Positions 11,489 through 23,620 of a DNA stretch of 64,000 nt are shown in pieces (position 1 is the first letter of the stretch; each line of letters opens with the position of its first letter). Position numbers and translations under genes: made by a program. The stretch is from Botryllus schlosseri. Taxonomy: Eukaryota. The stretch spans positions 7,318,001 to 7,382,000 of the forward strand of contig CM119371.1 of assembly GCA_051294905.1 (NCBI GenBank). Direction: 5' to 3'. A model generated the notes under the pieces. That model worked only from the letters and a program-made list of their open reading frames with translations. It did no database searches and was not told the DNA's origin.

Positions 11489-12905
11489 TCACACATTGGC
11501 ATATTTATTTTTTTTCAAGCGGTATAGTTCCTCTGCCATTTCCATCTTCTTCTCTTCATTACGACGTTGCAGTACAGCATTTTCCATTTGGAAGCGATAT
11601 AGATCCATCCTCATTGAATGCTCCTTTGCATTCATTGCATGGATCTGACTGGACAAGCCTGTATTGAAATAGGCACATATGAAAGATCATGTATGACAAC
11701 GTATATGCATGCAATGGGAAAATCCTTGTCTACTGTGGCATTCTATCAACACCGTTGAAAGCACCATAACCATTTGATTACGTACAGGTAAAATTTGCAA
11801 CAAACCTTCAAGTTTAGGATTATCCATCCACGGTCTTTTCCGCGCCTTCACAATTGGAGTAAACGATAGATTGAAAATGCTGAGGTTCATTAAAATTGAA
11901 ATGTCTCTGCTGCACACACACCGAAATTGCTGCAATTATTGTTGGATGCTTCTGGCACATCACATCTGTTTGTCTCACTTTCTGTTAAAACAAACAAAGA
12001 TCCTGTCAGAAGCTCTCGAATCTGTAACCTGCTTAGATCATAAGGATGTGGCAGTATCTTCGTCTGCTGTAACTATTCCAATTGCAACTAAAAGGCCTCT
12101 GCTCACCTATCGGTTCATCATCTGGTATTTGTGCTGCAAAACAATTGGTAAGTATCAATGTAAATACTCATCACATACAAATATGTGAATTGAATACCCA
12201 CTGAATAATATGTCAATAAGTTGATCCTGTTTATCGGGCTCATTACCGAATTCCGGTACTTTCTCTGCATCAAAGTCATATGGATTTTGCAGTGGTTCTA
12301 TCTGTGACGGAATGATGCCTGGAAATGAACAGCAATATAACTTTGTGATATCGTTCTCTGGAAAGCACATCCCACACTTTCTAGATCTCTTTGGGCTAGA
12401 TCCGGAATAAAAATTTACTATGGGACGTAGTTATAGGTAAACTTTCACATCACCTGTCAGCTGTAGAATTTTTTGATTGATAATCTGTTGTAATTAACTC
12501 ATGATATCTGTTCTCAACTATAGGCTCGATACAACCACTGTAGTACAGTAACAAACTAAACTATAAAATATGAATCTTACTAAGTATTTTCTTGGACATC
12601 TCGTCCAACTCAGGAGGTGGGGGTCCTCCTCCGGTTTTGAAAGCGCATTGCCTTTGTTTCGCGAAATCCTTTTTGGTCTTCTGCTTCAAATTACGCCACA
12701 GGTTTTGCAGCTGACGGTGTGTCCGCTTGCAGCCAGTTGTCCGAGAGTTGAAATTTTCAGCAATTTCAATCCAGCAGTTCTCTTTTTGCTTACTAGTCTT
12801 GCCATCTGTTGCTTTGCTCTCAATAATTTTAGAATAACTTTCAGCCAATTCTACTATCAAATGTTTTTCTAACTTTGAATAGTTTTCTCCTCGCTTCACA
12901 GCCAT
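11489..12905 (-). CDS. Harbinger Myb/SANT-like DNA-binding protein (MSANTD/NAIF1-like), multi-exon
   Basis: Exon 12581-12905: MAVKRGENYSKLEK...WIEIAENFN...RQLQNLWRNLK...TGGGP ending at GTAAG; next exon from ~12318 (IIPSQIEPLQNPYDFDA); coiled-coil last exon ~11489-11658 (KEHSMRMDLY...); internal exons not fully resolved. Confidence 0.8.
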
Positions 12906-13589
12906 TTTAGAAACCTGTAGACTGAGCAATGGAATCATGATCATTACTCACATCAGTAATGGACTTAAATGGAGCAGTGTAACAGCACCAAATAAACCTA
13001 AGTCAAACATTATCAGGCACCGAAGACTGGATAAGAACCGGCTACCGATATTTACCGATTCCCGAAGAGAAAATCTATGTCACATCAACTGATTGATAGA
13101 CATGGATGGACAAACTTGACATGGTTATCACTTTACCGGTACTAAACACCATCATCATTTTCCGGCAAGCAAATTATCATCATTTGCGCCATGCAAATGG
13201 TTAAATAGCTTTATTCCCATCGGTTCGCTCTGTGGAGAAATCCTGGCTAATGTACGACCCACAAAATAAAATAGCCCACTTCTCACTTGATCATGACAGC
13301 CATTCACTTTCTATATTGAAAACCATAGCATATAGCCAGCACTACAGGCTTCCGGGCTACAATGAGGGTAGCAAGCTACCGATACTATACAGCAGTAGCT
13401 ATACCCGCAAAGACTAATCAGGACCTTAATCTAGCTTCCGAGGTTGATTAAATTTTAACACTTGATTAACTTTAATTACAATCTGTGCAGTATAATTTCA
13501 GAAATTAACGTTACTAATCACTAGTTAGTGGCTAATCAGCATCCGTGCACCCGACCCTAAATCTGTTTAAATCCCTTTAGTGTGCCGAT

Positions 13590-13626
13590 AACTCTTGAAA
13601 AGAGGCACCCGAAAAGTCTTCGAGTT
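13590..13626 (+). ncRNA. Candidate minimal hammerhead ribozyme in the PLE 3' UTR (right arm)
   Basis: AACTC-TTGAAAA-GAGGCACCC-GAAA-AGTCT-TC-GAGTT followed by AATAAA; one substitution vs the left-arm copy. Confidence 0.5.
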
Positions 13627-15088
13627 TAATAAATATACTGCTACAATGGATGTTGTATTGAAAGCCTAGCAGTTCATATCAAATCATAGCTCGTTCTCAC
13701 GAGCAGGACAGGGAATGTACATATCGCAAGCTTGGATCGTTTCCAACTACACGGTTATTCTGTAGCCTGTACAGAAACACCAGAAATTAGAGTGGAACAT
13801 TTCCCAAATTAGATTATATTCAGATTACTGGCATTTCGCTCTAATGAGACAAAACACACAGCTGAAATTTTTCAAGTCTGTCTGGATCTTCTCCGCCTTT
13901 TTGGTTCAACTGTTTGATTTTTGGGTCCGACTTTGATTATAAATTGGGGCCAGCAGTGCGCTTCGCCCTGTCACTGGATATCGGCATGATGAAGGAAGCG
14001 CTTTTCGTAAAGAGTTCTCCCTCGACAAATTTGAATTTTTGTCGTCGTCTGATGCCGTCGTCGTGACAACCTGTGACCAAGGGAGGGGGTACGAGGTTTG
14101 AATTTTGCGACTTCTTCGTTCAATTGAGCCGCCACATTCTTATTCGTTTTGGAACATTGCACAGAACTTGCCGGTCTGCAAAAAATAGTAGGGGGTCAGT
14201 CAATACTAGTATTGAAATCCCGGGATTTCAAGGTATATTCTGGTTGCGATCCCGGGCTTAACTTTATTGAAATCGCCGGATTTCGCAAAAGCATCTACCA
14301 GGCCTTAAATTACTTCCACTTAAGTTTTTTTTCGGCAAAACTAAGCCTACAATACTTCACTTTTTTACTTATTTGGAAATTTCTACTTCTCCTTGTACTT
14401 AAGTAGAAATTTGCGACTCTACTTATCCTTCCATTTGAGTACCGACGATAAATACTTTAACCACTTCTGCTCCTGAAACAGCAATGTCGAATCACCTCCA
14501 ACCCCGACCTTCACCCACATTCGCCGCCCCCTTCATACATCGGGATCAACTGACTCTTCCCGTAGGCACCCGAACTGTCGGAGGGACCTGGGACACTTTC
14601 TGTTGGACCACTCCCAGCCAGTGGGCCGACCTTTGACCAGTTGGGTGACGTGCAGGAAATCCAACCCGAACGAGGGCGACGCTGGAATAAAAGGGGTTCA
14701 GTTTGTGACAGTGACTCGATTACAAATATACTTCTAAATAGTGTTTTACAAATTAGATTAGCATTAGAACGATAGCTACAGTTTTTTTCCCAGAGTAGAT
14801 TAAAATTGGAATTACTGAATTTGCTAAAACTTGGGCATTGAATGAAGTTAAGTTCATCAGAGTTCGTTCGCATAACCACGAGAAAGGCAAATGTCAATAC
14901 AGCAAGCTTGGATTGCTTCATGAAATACGGTTCTCTATCATTTTCAGGAAAACCAGAAAATATATTAGAGATAGTATTTGAGCATAGAAACATTTTACAA
15001 ATCATAATAGAATTATGTAGTTGTCCAAGTCTGCACAGATGTGGTCAGTAACGAAGCTTTACGTTTTCGAAGTACTATAGTAGTTTAC

Positions 15089-16259
15089 CATAGGCGCCGA
15101 ACCTGGGCATGCAAGGCATGCCAGGCATACCTAGACATTTTTTTAGGCATGCGGCATGCCTAGAATTCGGTTCGGCATGAATCGGCATAATCCCCGATTG
15201 TGTTATTTAGAACGAATCGCAATGTATTTCCGTTTACGACATTACCTGCTACCGCTTATGTGAGCGAGGTAACCCGTTGCGCGGGGCCAATTAGCTACAA
15301 GCGCGTTGCCAATTAACGAGATATGTCTGTGCACAATGTAACGCGACACGATCTCCCGCTGAGATGATCGCGAAATTGTGCCATTGATTGCCGTGCGTTC
15401 GGCAATCATCGCTTGGGACGCTTGCCTGCTTTATCGCGTCTCCTACAAGCCTAGTTTCACTCGCTTGAGCATGATGAACAATCACATCAGCAGTAGGCCC
15501 GGTGCCATCGCTGCCTGCACATTCGCATCTGCATTGGCGCACACGATATTATCGCTTGCCTACGCAATCGCATCTGCAACATGCCTGGTACGAAAGATAT
15601 CATCGCTGGCTAACTATCGCGTCTAGAGCCGAGCATGCGTTGCCTCCCATCTCTCGAGCCTAGCATGCGCTAGCTCCAATCTTTCGATGGCTTGGTCACA
15701 ATGCCGTTAGGTGTTTGTTGGTTAGCGATTGTAATTAAAGAGCGACGACATCGCTTACCTGAATGACATCGAATGTCCGCAGACATGTGCGATTGTGAGT
15801 GCGCCGTGCATGCGTAAGTGAATCCCGCTAATACCTAAACATAACCATCAGAAGATGTGTGTCAACTGTCAAGACTTGAGTTGTAAAAGACGGGAAAGAT
15901 TTGAACAACCTGAAATCGGTGCCATTATAGAACAGATTCCATAACAACTCTGACATTTTGCCTTGCGCAAATCGTCGCCGAGGTTACGTAATACGCGTTG
16001 ATAAGCGGCGTATTTAATTGTTCGCTAGCGATCAGGGACTCGCTAATTGACAGCACTTCCGGACTCGTTGACAAGCTTATCATACGCGCAAGTTTGTTAA
16101 CACGCAGATATTGCATAATCGGCATTTATGCAGGCACTTAACCCTCAAGAATTGATGCTATATTATCCCTAATTATCAATTCCGTCGGATAATGACGTCA
16201 TTCCTTTGTGACGTCATCGAACTCGCATGCCTAAGGAAAATTAGCGTTCGGCGCCTATG
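15089..16259. mobile_element. Non-autonomous DNA transposon, hAT-like
   Basis: 14 bp TIR CATAGGCGCCGAAC; 8 bp TSD TAGTTTAC at 15081-15088 and 16260-16267. Confidence 0.85.
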
Positions 16260-17138
16260 TAGTTTACCTATACTTTTAGATATTTTCCGCTACTTTTACT
16301 TTCACTTTGTCATGTTTCGTGACTTACCAACTCTTTTCTATTGACAGTTTGTCAAGTAGAAGTGTCACATTCTTCCAATAAGAGAATAGAGTGACCAAGA
16401 TTAAGAAATTCAGGTGCTGCTTTTGCGAAGAGCCCTGACTTTTTTTGTGCTACGCGCGAATATACGGGTTGACCAATATCATTCCACTTAAGTATGGGTC
16501 AATAAAATCGATGTTGCAGTTTGCCTGGTTCATGTGCGTAATTTCAAGCCGCCTAGTTGCCATATAGCAGTTTCATCACATTACGCTTGACTAAAGTTCA
16601 ACAAAGCGTTTGGAATTATATAACCTGCCTTATTTCAGCTTGCTTCCTATTAGCTCAAAACATCAATGTGGTGTCCTTGTAGAATTTATCTACATCGGTC
16701 ATTGTCTTATTTAGTAAAGGCATTGCAATACAACTGAGGGCGCCGTATTATCACGTTTTCTGAAAGGGGGCACTTGGATGACAATGAGGTCAAGAGCCAC
16801 TGTTCGATAGCAATGGCGTCATTGGTTGGCTATCAAATGATAATTCGAATCCTCATGCTGTTAAAACACATATCTCTGGGATGTAGCAACACGAACCCAG
16901 CTCTCAGCACCGTCAGTTTCCAGGTTTTGAGAGTGTAGTTATGACGAATTTTCAAAACTGCTAACATAATTCAGTAGTTTCGAAAGACAGCAAATTCGAC
17001 TTCTACCTGACGTAGGCCACTTCTGGGTTGCTTGGAACAGAATTTCTCCTACTCATACTTGAGTGAAATATAGATCACTACTTGTACTTGAGTAGTCTTC
17101 TCGACTACTTTGACAACTTCTGATCATGCATGTAGAAA

Positions 17139-17726
17139 AGGGTTGTTCAAAAATACCTTTTCCGGATTACGGGGATTCACTGATTAAATCGCAAAGTTGC
17201 CTAAAAAAGGTTGCACACCAAATTTGGCTCGATTCCAACCAGCCGTATCCGCGGGAGAGCGAATTGAGGTTTTTGAGTTTATTTAAAAAAATGATTTTTA
17301 TAAAAAATTGACTGTCAACTTAAGAAAATTGTTGAGTTGCCTAAAAAAACGATGCATAACAATTTTTGCTCACTTTCAACTGGTACAAGCGAAGTTATTG
17401 CAGTTGAAAGTTTTAGATTTGCAAAAATAGCATTTATGGTGGGTAATCCTAGAATAATTGATAAAAAACTTCTCTTCTACCGGTTGAACTTGCGTCAAAT
17501 TTGTTTTGCAACGTTTTCCTAGACAACTCAACCATTTCATGAGGTTCACAGCAGAAAATTGAAAAATATATATATTTTTTTTAATAAATGATAAATTTTA
17601 ATTGACTATGCCTCGACTTCTACGGGTAGGAATTGAAACAAATTTGGTGTGCTGCGTTTGTTACGGAAACTAACATTTTAATCAGCGTATCCTCGGGATA
17701 CGGAAAAGTTATTGTGAACAACCATA
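17139..17726. mobile_element. Old fold-back MITE (related copies ~3000-3320, 31139-31730, ~35030-35323)
   Basis: Imperfect long TIRs starting AGGGTTGTTCAAAAATA; shared internal GCACACCAAATTTGGCTC motif. Confidence 0.55.
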
Positions 17727-20520
17727 ATGCACCCAATCGCAGATAGTTATTTTTTATTGGCTATTTCGCGACAATTAAACGACTTTAACCACTCCGAATT
17801 TACTGGAAATCAGAGAGCCATATTTAGTGCATGAATTCTATGTCCGCTCAGAATGAGCTGGATGTAGGAGTCTGTAGGGTGTAAATATATGATGTGCTGA
17901 TGTTAAGGAAGATAACATGTTGATAAGAAAATCCATGAGATTGATTCATTAACAATGAAATTGTCTACATAGCAGACAGAATGTTTGCTATATATTTCCA
18001 CATTGTCACAATATTACATAGCACCTCACCTGAAGTTATCACAAGTCCTGAAAATCTCGATATCGAGATCTTGTCTTTTGGCAGGTGACAAGGTCTGGAA
18101 GAAAAACTCATAATTACACAGCCGTAAAAATAGACTTGAACCAAACTGGAACAACTGTAAATTTTTCAGCTTTCCGACATTAGATTCGAGTAACAGCCAC
18201 ACAGTTCTTACCATATTGCCTTAAAATTATCGTCATAGCTACCGCGTTGTCCCAATTAGATTAGAATTACCGAATACACTGAAGCTGGATATTGAATCAA
18301 CTTCCATCAATATCAAATCTTGGTTCACTCTAATGAGCATGGCTTGAGTAAAGGCTGCTGCATGAGAATAGTGAATGTCTGTAGAGCAAGCTTGAATGAA
18401 TGTGAATGAATGCTTTTAAACGGGATTTCAAGCATTCAAGAACATGCAGTACTGGCAAGGATAGCTATTAGCCATACATCAATTGTTCTATTAGCAGACA
18501 CACACGGCTCAATCAGTACTTACGAACCGGGACAATAACTTCAACGTAGGGAGCAAATTGAAAACTGATATCATTATGTTGAGAGTAATCAATTCTTAAA
18601 TACTTGAGCAGGTGCGAATAGAATGTCGATGTCCATACTAATTGTGACTTGAAAATACAGAGTCGGGTAAAACTCACCTTGAATGACAATTTGTAAACTG
18701 GCTTGACTCTGATCAGAAGAAGATCATTGCCTGTGCATATGAAGAAAGGATACATCGGGTTAGAAACGATTCAAATTTGAACTTTACAGTCACCCAATGT
18801 GTTCTGACTTGTTGTTACAGATAGAAAGAAGATTGTTACTAGCGGTTGAGTTGAATTTATTGTCAATAATTTTTCAATTCAAAACACCCCACCATAGCAT
18901 TGACAACAAATAGGTAATCGAATACGAAAATATGAAATCAGAATTACTCACTTTCATCTCCCAGGAAGATTTGTCAGACATTGATGTATGTCAAATTCCA
19001 ACTGATTGACGTTGGTCGAGATCGTCATGCAAACTTTTTTCATCACCAAAGCCATTTCACATTGGATAATCAGACTATTAAATGATAGGCCTACGTTATA
19101 AATGGTGATCTGCTGGTTGCAATCCACTGTAACAAATTGAAGAGTGGTTATGAAAAGTAATATTAATGAATCTATATACACCACAGGTTACTCAAGCCTG
19201 GCCATGGTACCAGCAGATGCGGTGGATAACGAGTAACCGATAGTCGCCACATATAAACATAATCGAAATGGTTAGTTTTGAGTAAAATCAGGAATCTTGA
19301 TCATGGATAGCGAAAAAATGACACTTCTTTATTCGGCACACTTAAATTGATCAAAAACAATAAAAATGACGAGATAAACAAAAATTTTATCCGATTATAT
19401 TTCGTATTTATTCATTGTTCCTCCACGATTCTCATAGAATAAGATATTCATATCAACTCGCAACTTGGAACCTAAACTCTATTTGGAAGCGCATCCTGTT
19501 GTGAGCAATATTCTCTATAAGCTGCATACGTGCGCAAATGCGCCGTGCTGAGATGGTCTCTGCACACAAAAAATCCGAAGGGATGACTTGGTTTTAGTCG
19601 TTAGTCGTTACGCACTTTCGTCCAAGGGTCTGCGCAGTGAGTTGGCGAGTGTGCGCAGACTCGTCAAAAAATAGAGGGAACACAAATTGTGAGTATTCCT
19701 TTTGAAGAGCGAATAACTTGATATCGTATGCGATTCAACAAGGGACAGATCATCAGCAATGATTTTAAAATATTGAATTATGGGGAGGTAAAACTCATAC
19801 TGCCTATAGTAATCAGTAGGTTACCCATTGCTGATATTGGCCATATAACTCATGTGGAATCAATTCCACAAGTCATCAAAATCATTGATCATATTCATAT
19901 TGAATATGGAATTACTGTAAATATATGATGGACTGTATCAACTAAAATTGCCGGCAGATTGATACACCACTTTTCGTATCACACAAAATTACTGCTTACT
20001 ATTGCTATGACATTCATGAAATGGTACAAATCGATCACACGCCAAAATCTTAAAAACTGGACCTACAAAGTTTTGCCGCTTTGAAACATAAAATGCACAA
20101 TGATCAAGACAATTATGATGGATTGAAAATGAAATGAATCGAAAATTGTAATAGTGAGCTACTTCATTTTAATCATATATCAGCTTCAGACTTGTACAAA
20201 CTACTGATCTAGTTTGTTCATGGTCAAAGAAAAGTTCTGGTTGCGAATTTTGAAAGCGAGTAGTTAGGTGTGAATAGCGATACTGGTGTTCTGTTTTGTG
20301 ACGTTCTTGCAGCTATTGCTATCTTGGAGTAAACACTACTAACCATGGCGTAGCCAGGGAATGGGTATTGAGGGTCGGAAACCGTTCATTTAGAACTCTA
20401 AACTCTGTTCTTTTGAAACGCAGATTCTATTTCAAGTCAGTAATTCGCATTATAAATACTGCAGTTGCTTCACAACCGAAAATCCAGTAATTTGTACAAG
20501 TCTGCTCAGGTGAGTGCAAT

Positions 20521-22134
20521 CTATCTCTTCACAAATACGGATCTGTAAATCTCAAAACATCGATCCACTTTTGGTGTCACTATAAGCCATTTGTCTCGAG
20601 ATATATCATACATTTCAATTGCATTAGAGTTTTCGAAATCTGTTACTGCAAAAATCCACTTGTCAATGTGATACGCAGAAACTTGAAAATGACGATCATT
20701 CATAGAAGATAATGAAGTCCACTGAGCTGAAGTAACATTGTAACATTCTACGTTGTCGACATTCTTTGTTCCACTCCAGCCACCGATCACAAAAATCTTT
20801 TGATCAACTGCAACAACACCACTCCCATACACAGGATATCTCATTGGGTCAAGATCAACCCACTCTGATGAGGATGGAGTGAATCTGCAGAATGATGAAA
20901 CTATGACACCATCTTGTCCTATACCTCCAATACAATAGATGGAATCATTCAATGATACGAGACTTGCTGAACGAATAGCTGTAGGTTTGTGTTCAAGTTG
21001 AATCCATTGATTAACGAGCGAAGTGAACATTTCCACATCATTTGTTGCTCTAGTGCTTCCTCCAACAATGAATATCGATCCTGACAAAGAAACTGAGCGA
21101 GGACAGTATCCATGGTCACAAATCATATCTTTCATCCTTTCCCATTTTGAATTTTTGCTCTGAAAATTGAGTCGATAAACTGATTTATTGTTACATAAAA
21201 CGTAGATATATGAGTCCAAAAAAATCGCTGAAAAATCTCTTAAATCCCGAAACGTCTCGTCATGGAACTTCTCTACTTTCTCAATTACTGGATTGAAGGA
21301 TCTGATACAATCTGCCTGATCGTCAAAAAGAATTATCAATTCATCTTTGCTGATTTCTTCGTTTCTTTTCTGCGGTGCTTTCAACAGATGTCGAGTGATC
21401 AACTTGTACAGTCCTAAGTCGTTACTGATAATAAGGTTCGATTCTAAAAGACGTAAAAATGCCAAAGAGACTTTCTCAAACTTGATCGCTTCAAGACATT
21501 CGCGCAAATGTTCCTGATTTTTGCGATTTTTCTCGACCCAATTGAACAATAGCGTTAGTTTTTCTTCTTCGCATAATTTAGATCGTTCCAACTTCACAAA
21601 ATTCCGGATGTAAGTTTTTTCAATACTTCCAAATTCGGGTTGGCTTGATATTTCCATGATATTTTCATGGAAAAATGCTTTACATTGCGCAGAGACAGCA
21701 TCCAGTCCATACATATCGGCGATATTTGTTGTGGAAAAGTAATTCTTTACATTAAGTGATTCCTCCAAAACGCCAGATACTGCCTGTTTCACGTCTTCCA
21801 ACTGCATCATGATTGCAACATGTAGTAGATCGTTCATCTTTTCATCAGGAATCTCAAATTTGCCCGAATATATGAAATCGATGCAATTTTTGACACACTG
21901 AGAATCGACCTCTTTCAAAACAACTTTTCCTTCACGACTCTCTTTAGTGTCGTGTTTCAACATGGCTTTGAAATAAGCACTACCAGCCGACAATACATTC
22001 TTGTGAGTGTAATAGACATCATCTCCTACTTGAATTATGAAATCACATTGATCATTATCTTGCTTCATTCGATGTAATTCTTTCATCATCTCCACTGAAT
22101 GTTTCTCTACATTTGTACACACAATCTGCACCAT
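20521..22134 (-). CDS. Kelch-like protein (BTB-BACK-Kelch), paralogue K1, intronless
   Basis: BTB (CDFIIQV...HKNVLSAGSAYFKAM...CIDFIYSG), BACK (EEE...LFNWV), Kelch repeats with GG...Y...W pattern; first ATG at 22134 (track start is TTG). Confidence 0.93.
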   Translation of the reverse strand: MVQIVCTNVEKHSVEMMKELHRMKQDNDQCDFIIQVGDDVYYTHKNVLSAGSAYFKAMLKHDTKESREGKVVLKEVDSQCVKNCIDFIYSGKFEIPDEKMNDLLHVAIMMQLEDVKQAVSGVLEESLNVKNYFSTTNIADMYGLDAVSAQCKAFFHENIMEISSQPEFGSIEKTYIRNFVKLERSKLCEEEKLTLLFNWVEKNRKNQEHLRECLEAIKFEKVSLAFLRLLESNLIISNDLGLYKLITRHLLKAPQKRNEEISKDELIILFDDQADCIRSFNPVIEKVEKFHDETFRDLRDFSAIFLDSYIYVLCNNKSVYRLNFQSKNSKWERMKDMICDHGYCPRSVSLSGSIFIVGGSTRATNDVEMFTSLVNQWIQLEHKPTAIRSASLVSLNDSIYCIGGIGQDGVIVSSFCRFTPSSSEWVDLDPMRYPVYGSGVVAVDQKIFVIGGWSGTKNVDNVECYNVTSAQWTSLSSMNDRHFQVSAYHIDKWIFAVTDFENSNAIEMYDISRDKWLIVTPKVDRCFEIYRSVFVKR

Positions 22135-23459
22135 GATTGTCAATCAACCACGATATATAGGCTAATTATCCTACGATTATTATTATACAGTAGCACTGTT
22201 ATTGAAGTAAAGATAATTCTCAAGTAATGCCTGTTAAGCTGTTGGAATAATCATACTACTAATCAACACCACGAGTATGAATCGAAGGAAAGTCAACTGC
22301 AAACAAGGCACTAAACCAGGGGTTCTCAAAGGATGGGCCATGGCCCACCGGTGGACCACAGGAGTAATTTTAGGTGAGCCACAAAGCTATTTGGAAAATT
22401 GTACAATTAGTGAAAGTTTAGTTTTATTTGTTATGTTCCTATATTCAAAATAATAGTCATGTTATCATAATGCTTTTCATCCGTCTCTGATCAGTCACAA
22501 TGTACAGTCGACATAGCAGGGGAAATTGTGAGGGATACAACGTCTTTTTGCATGTATATTTAACTAGATATTTGTTATTTGATTCAAGATAAATGATCAA
22601 TTAATGTCTTTCGCACAGCTAGCAAAATGTAATGACTTTGAATCATCACTTATACTTTAAAAATTAAATTTAACTTGAATTGTGACTTCACTTGAATCGA
22701 GTGACCTTCAAAAAATGAGCGACTTGACTTGACTTAAGTCACGTTTGAAAATCAACTGACTTGACTCGAGTCAAAATCTGCAATGACTTGAGATGACTAG
22801 AAGGTAGTGACTTGATCCCAACACTGTTTGACTGTTGCTACTTGATGACTTGAAATTGACAAGTCATTTTACCAAAGTGACTTGAGTCAAGTCACGTAAT
22901 ACGAAAAACTTGAGTCATCCTAACACTGCCCTGCACTAACTCTAGTTTAAAAACACCAGAAGTGTCACCTCTGAATCCGACTAATCTCAACTTTCAACTG
23001 TTGCTAAGGCTACTGCTTATGTTTACATCTCTCGCGGACAGTAGGTGTCGCTGTAAACAAAAACATCGATTATATTCAGATGGAACGCTCCAATCTCCAT
23101 GCCAGGGCCAGCGAGGAGCGACGCTGTAAATTGCTATGGTTTGACCATAGTGTCCTATATGGTATTGACACAGCGAGAGTGAATGGCTCGCTGCATTTGG
23201 ATTACGTCATACTTTCCATTTGACCAAAGGCAACTTTACGGCCATTTTTGTCCGGATTTCCGAGCGTCAAATTCAATAGAACGGGTATCAATGGAAAGCT
23301 GCTTCTATACTGATTACGAAAATATAAATATGATTCTGTTCAGGGTCCTGGAACCCCCGAAATGAGCCTAGAAATTTGCATCGTTATGGAGTTTTGTCAT
23401 TGTGACGCAACAGGACTATCTGGCACTTCACTCTCGTTTTGGCAGACAGGATTGTTGGG

Positions 23460-23620
23460 CCCTGTGGATATAAAGCTGTATCAGCTGTATCAGCTGTATC
23501 ACCCTGTGGATATAAAGCTGTATCAGCTGTATCACCCTGTGGATATAAAGCTGTATCAGCTGTATCACCCTGTGGATATGAAGCTGTATCAGCTGTATCA
23601 CCCTGTATCAGCTGTATCAC
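23460..23620. repeat. 33 bp subterminal minisatellite (about 4 copies; inverted copies at 25181-25259)
   Basis: Unit CCCTGTGGATATAAAGCTGTATCAGCTGTATCA with internal 9 bp GCTGTATCA sub-repeat. Confidence 0.9.

Larger units (their letters stand above)
9723..13557. mobile_element. PIF/Harbinger DNA transposon, apparently full length
   Basis: TIR GGGTCGGGTGCA(T/C)GGATGCT(A/G)AT(C/T)AG; TAA TSD at 9720-9722 and 13558-13560; single TAA in the other PLE arm (~2088); convergent transposase and Myb/SANT genes. Confidence 0.95.
1946..13665. mobile_element. Penelope-like retroelement in fold-back arrangement (5'-truncated copy plus inverted, more truncated copy), carrying three nested DNA transposons
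   Basis: With nested inserts removed, left arm 1982-2213+7621-8479 is the reverse complement of right arm 8744-9722+13561-13665; unique spacer 8480-8743; extra 36 nt tail 1946-1981; direct repeat (GC)CTAGCAGTTC at 1934-1945 and 13664-13675; paralogous empty site with a single CCTAGCAGTTC at ~27620. Confidence 0.88.

Noticed and set aside
1982..13665. An outer 230 bp-TIR transposon or integron-like platform holding AT-delimited cassettes, with the PLE as one cassette
   Set aside because: The outer inverted repeat is continuous with the PLE 3' UTR in the right arm (9552-9722); the asymmetric tail and 10-12 bp TSD fit a PLE insertion with later nested elements
14511..15005. 164 aa ORF and the recurring 'LYSxKRAKL' peptide (also ~42650, ~48020)
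   Set aside because: Lies in old repeat copies; frames not conserved between copies; no recognisable domain
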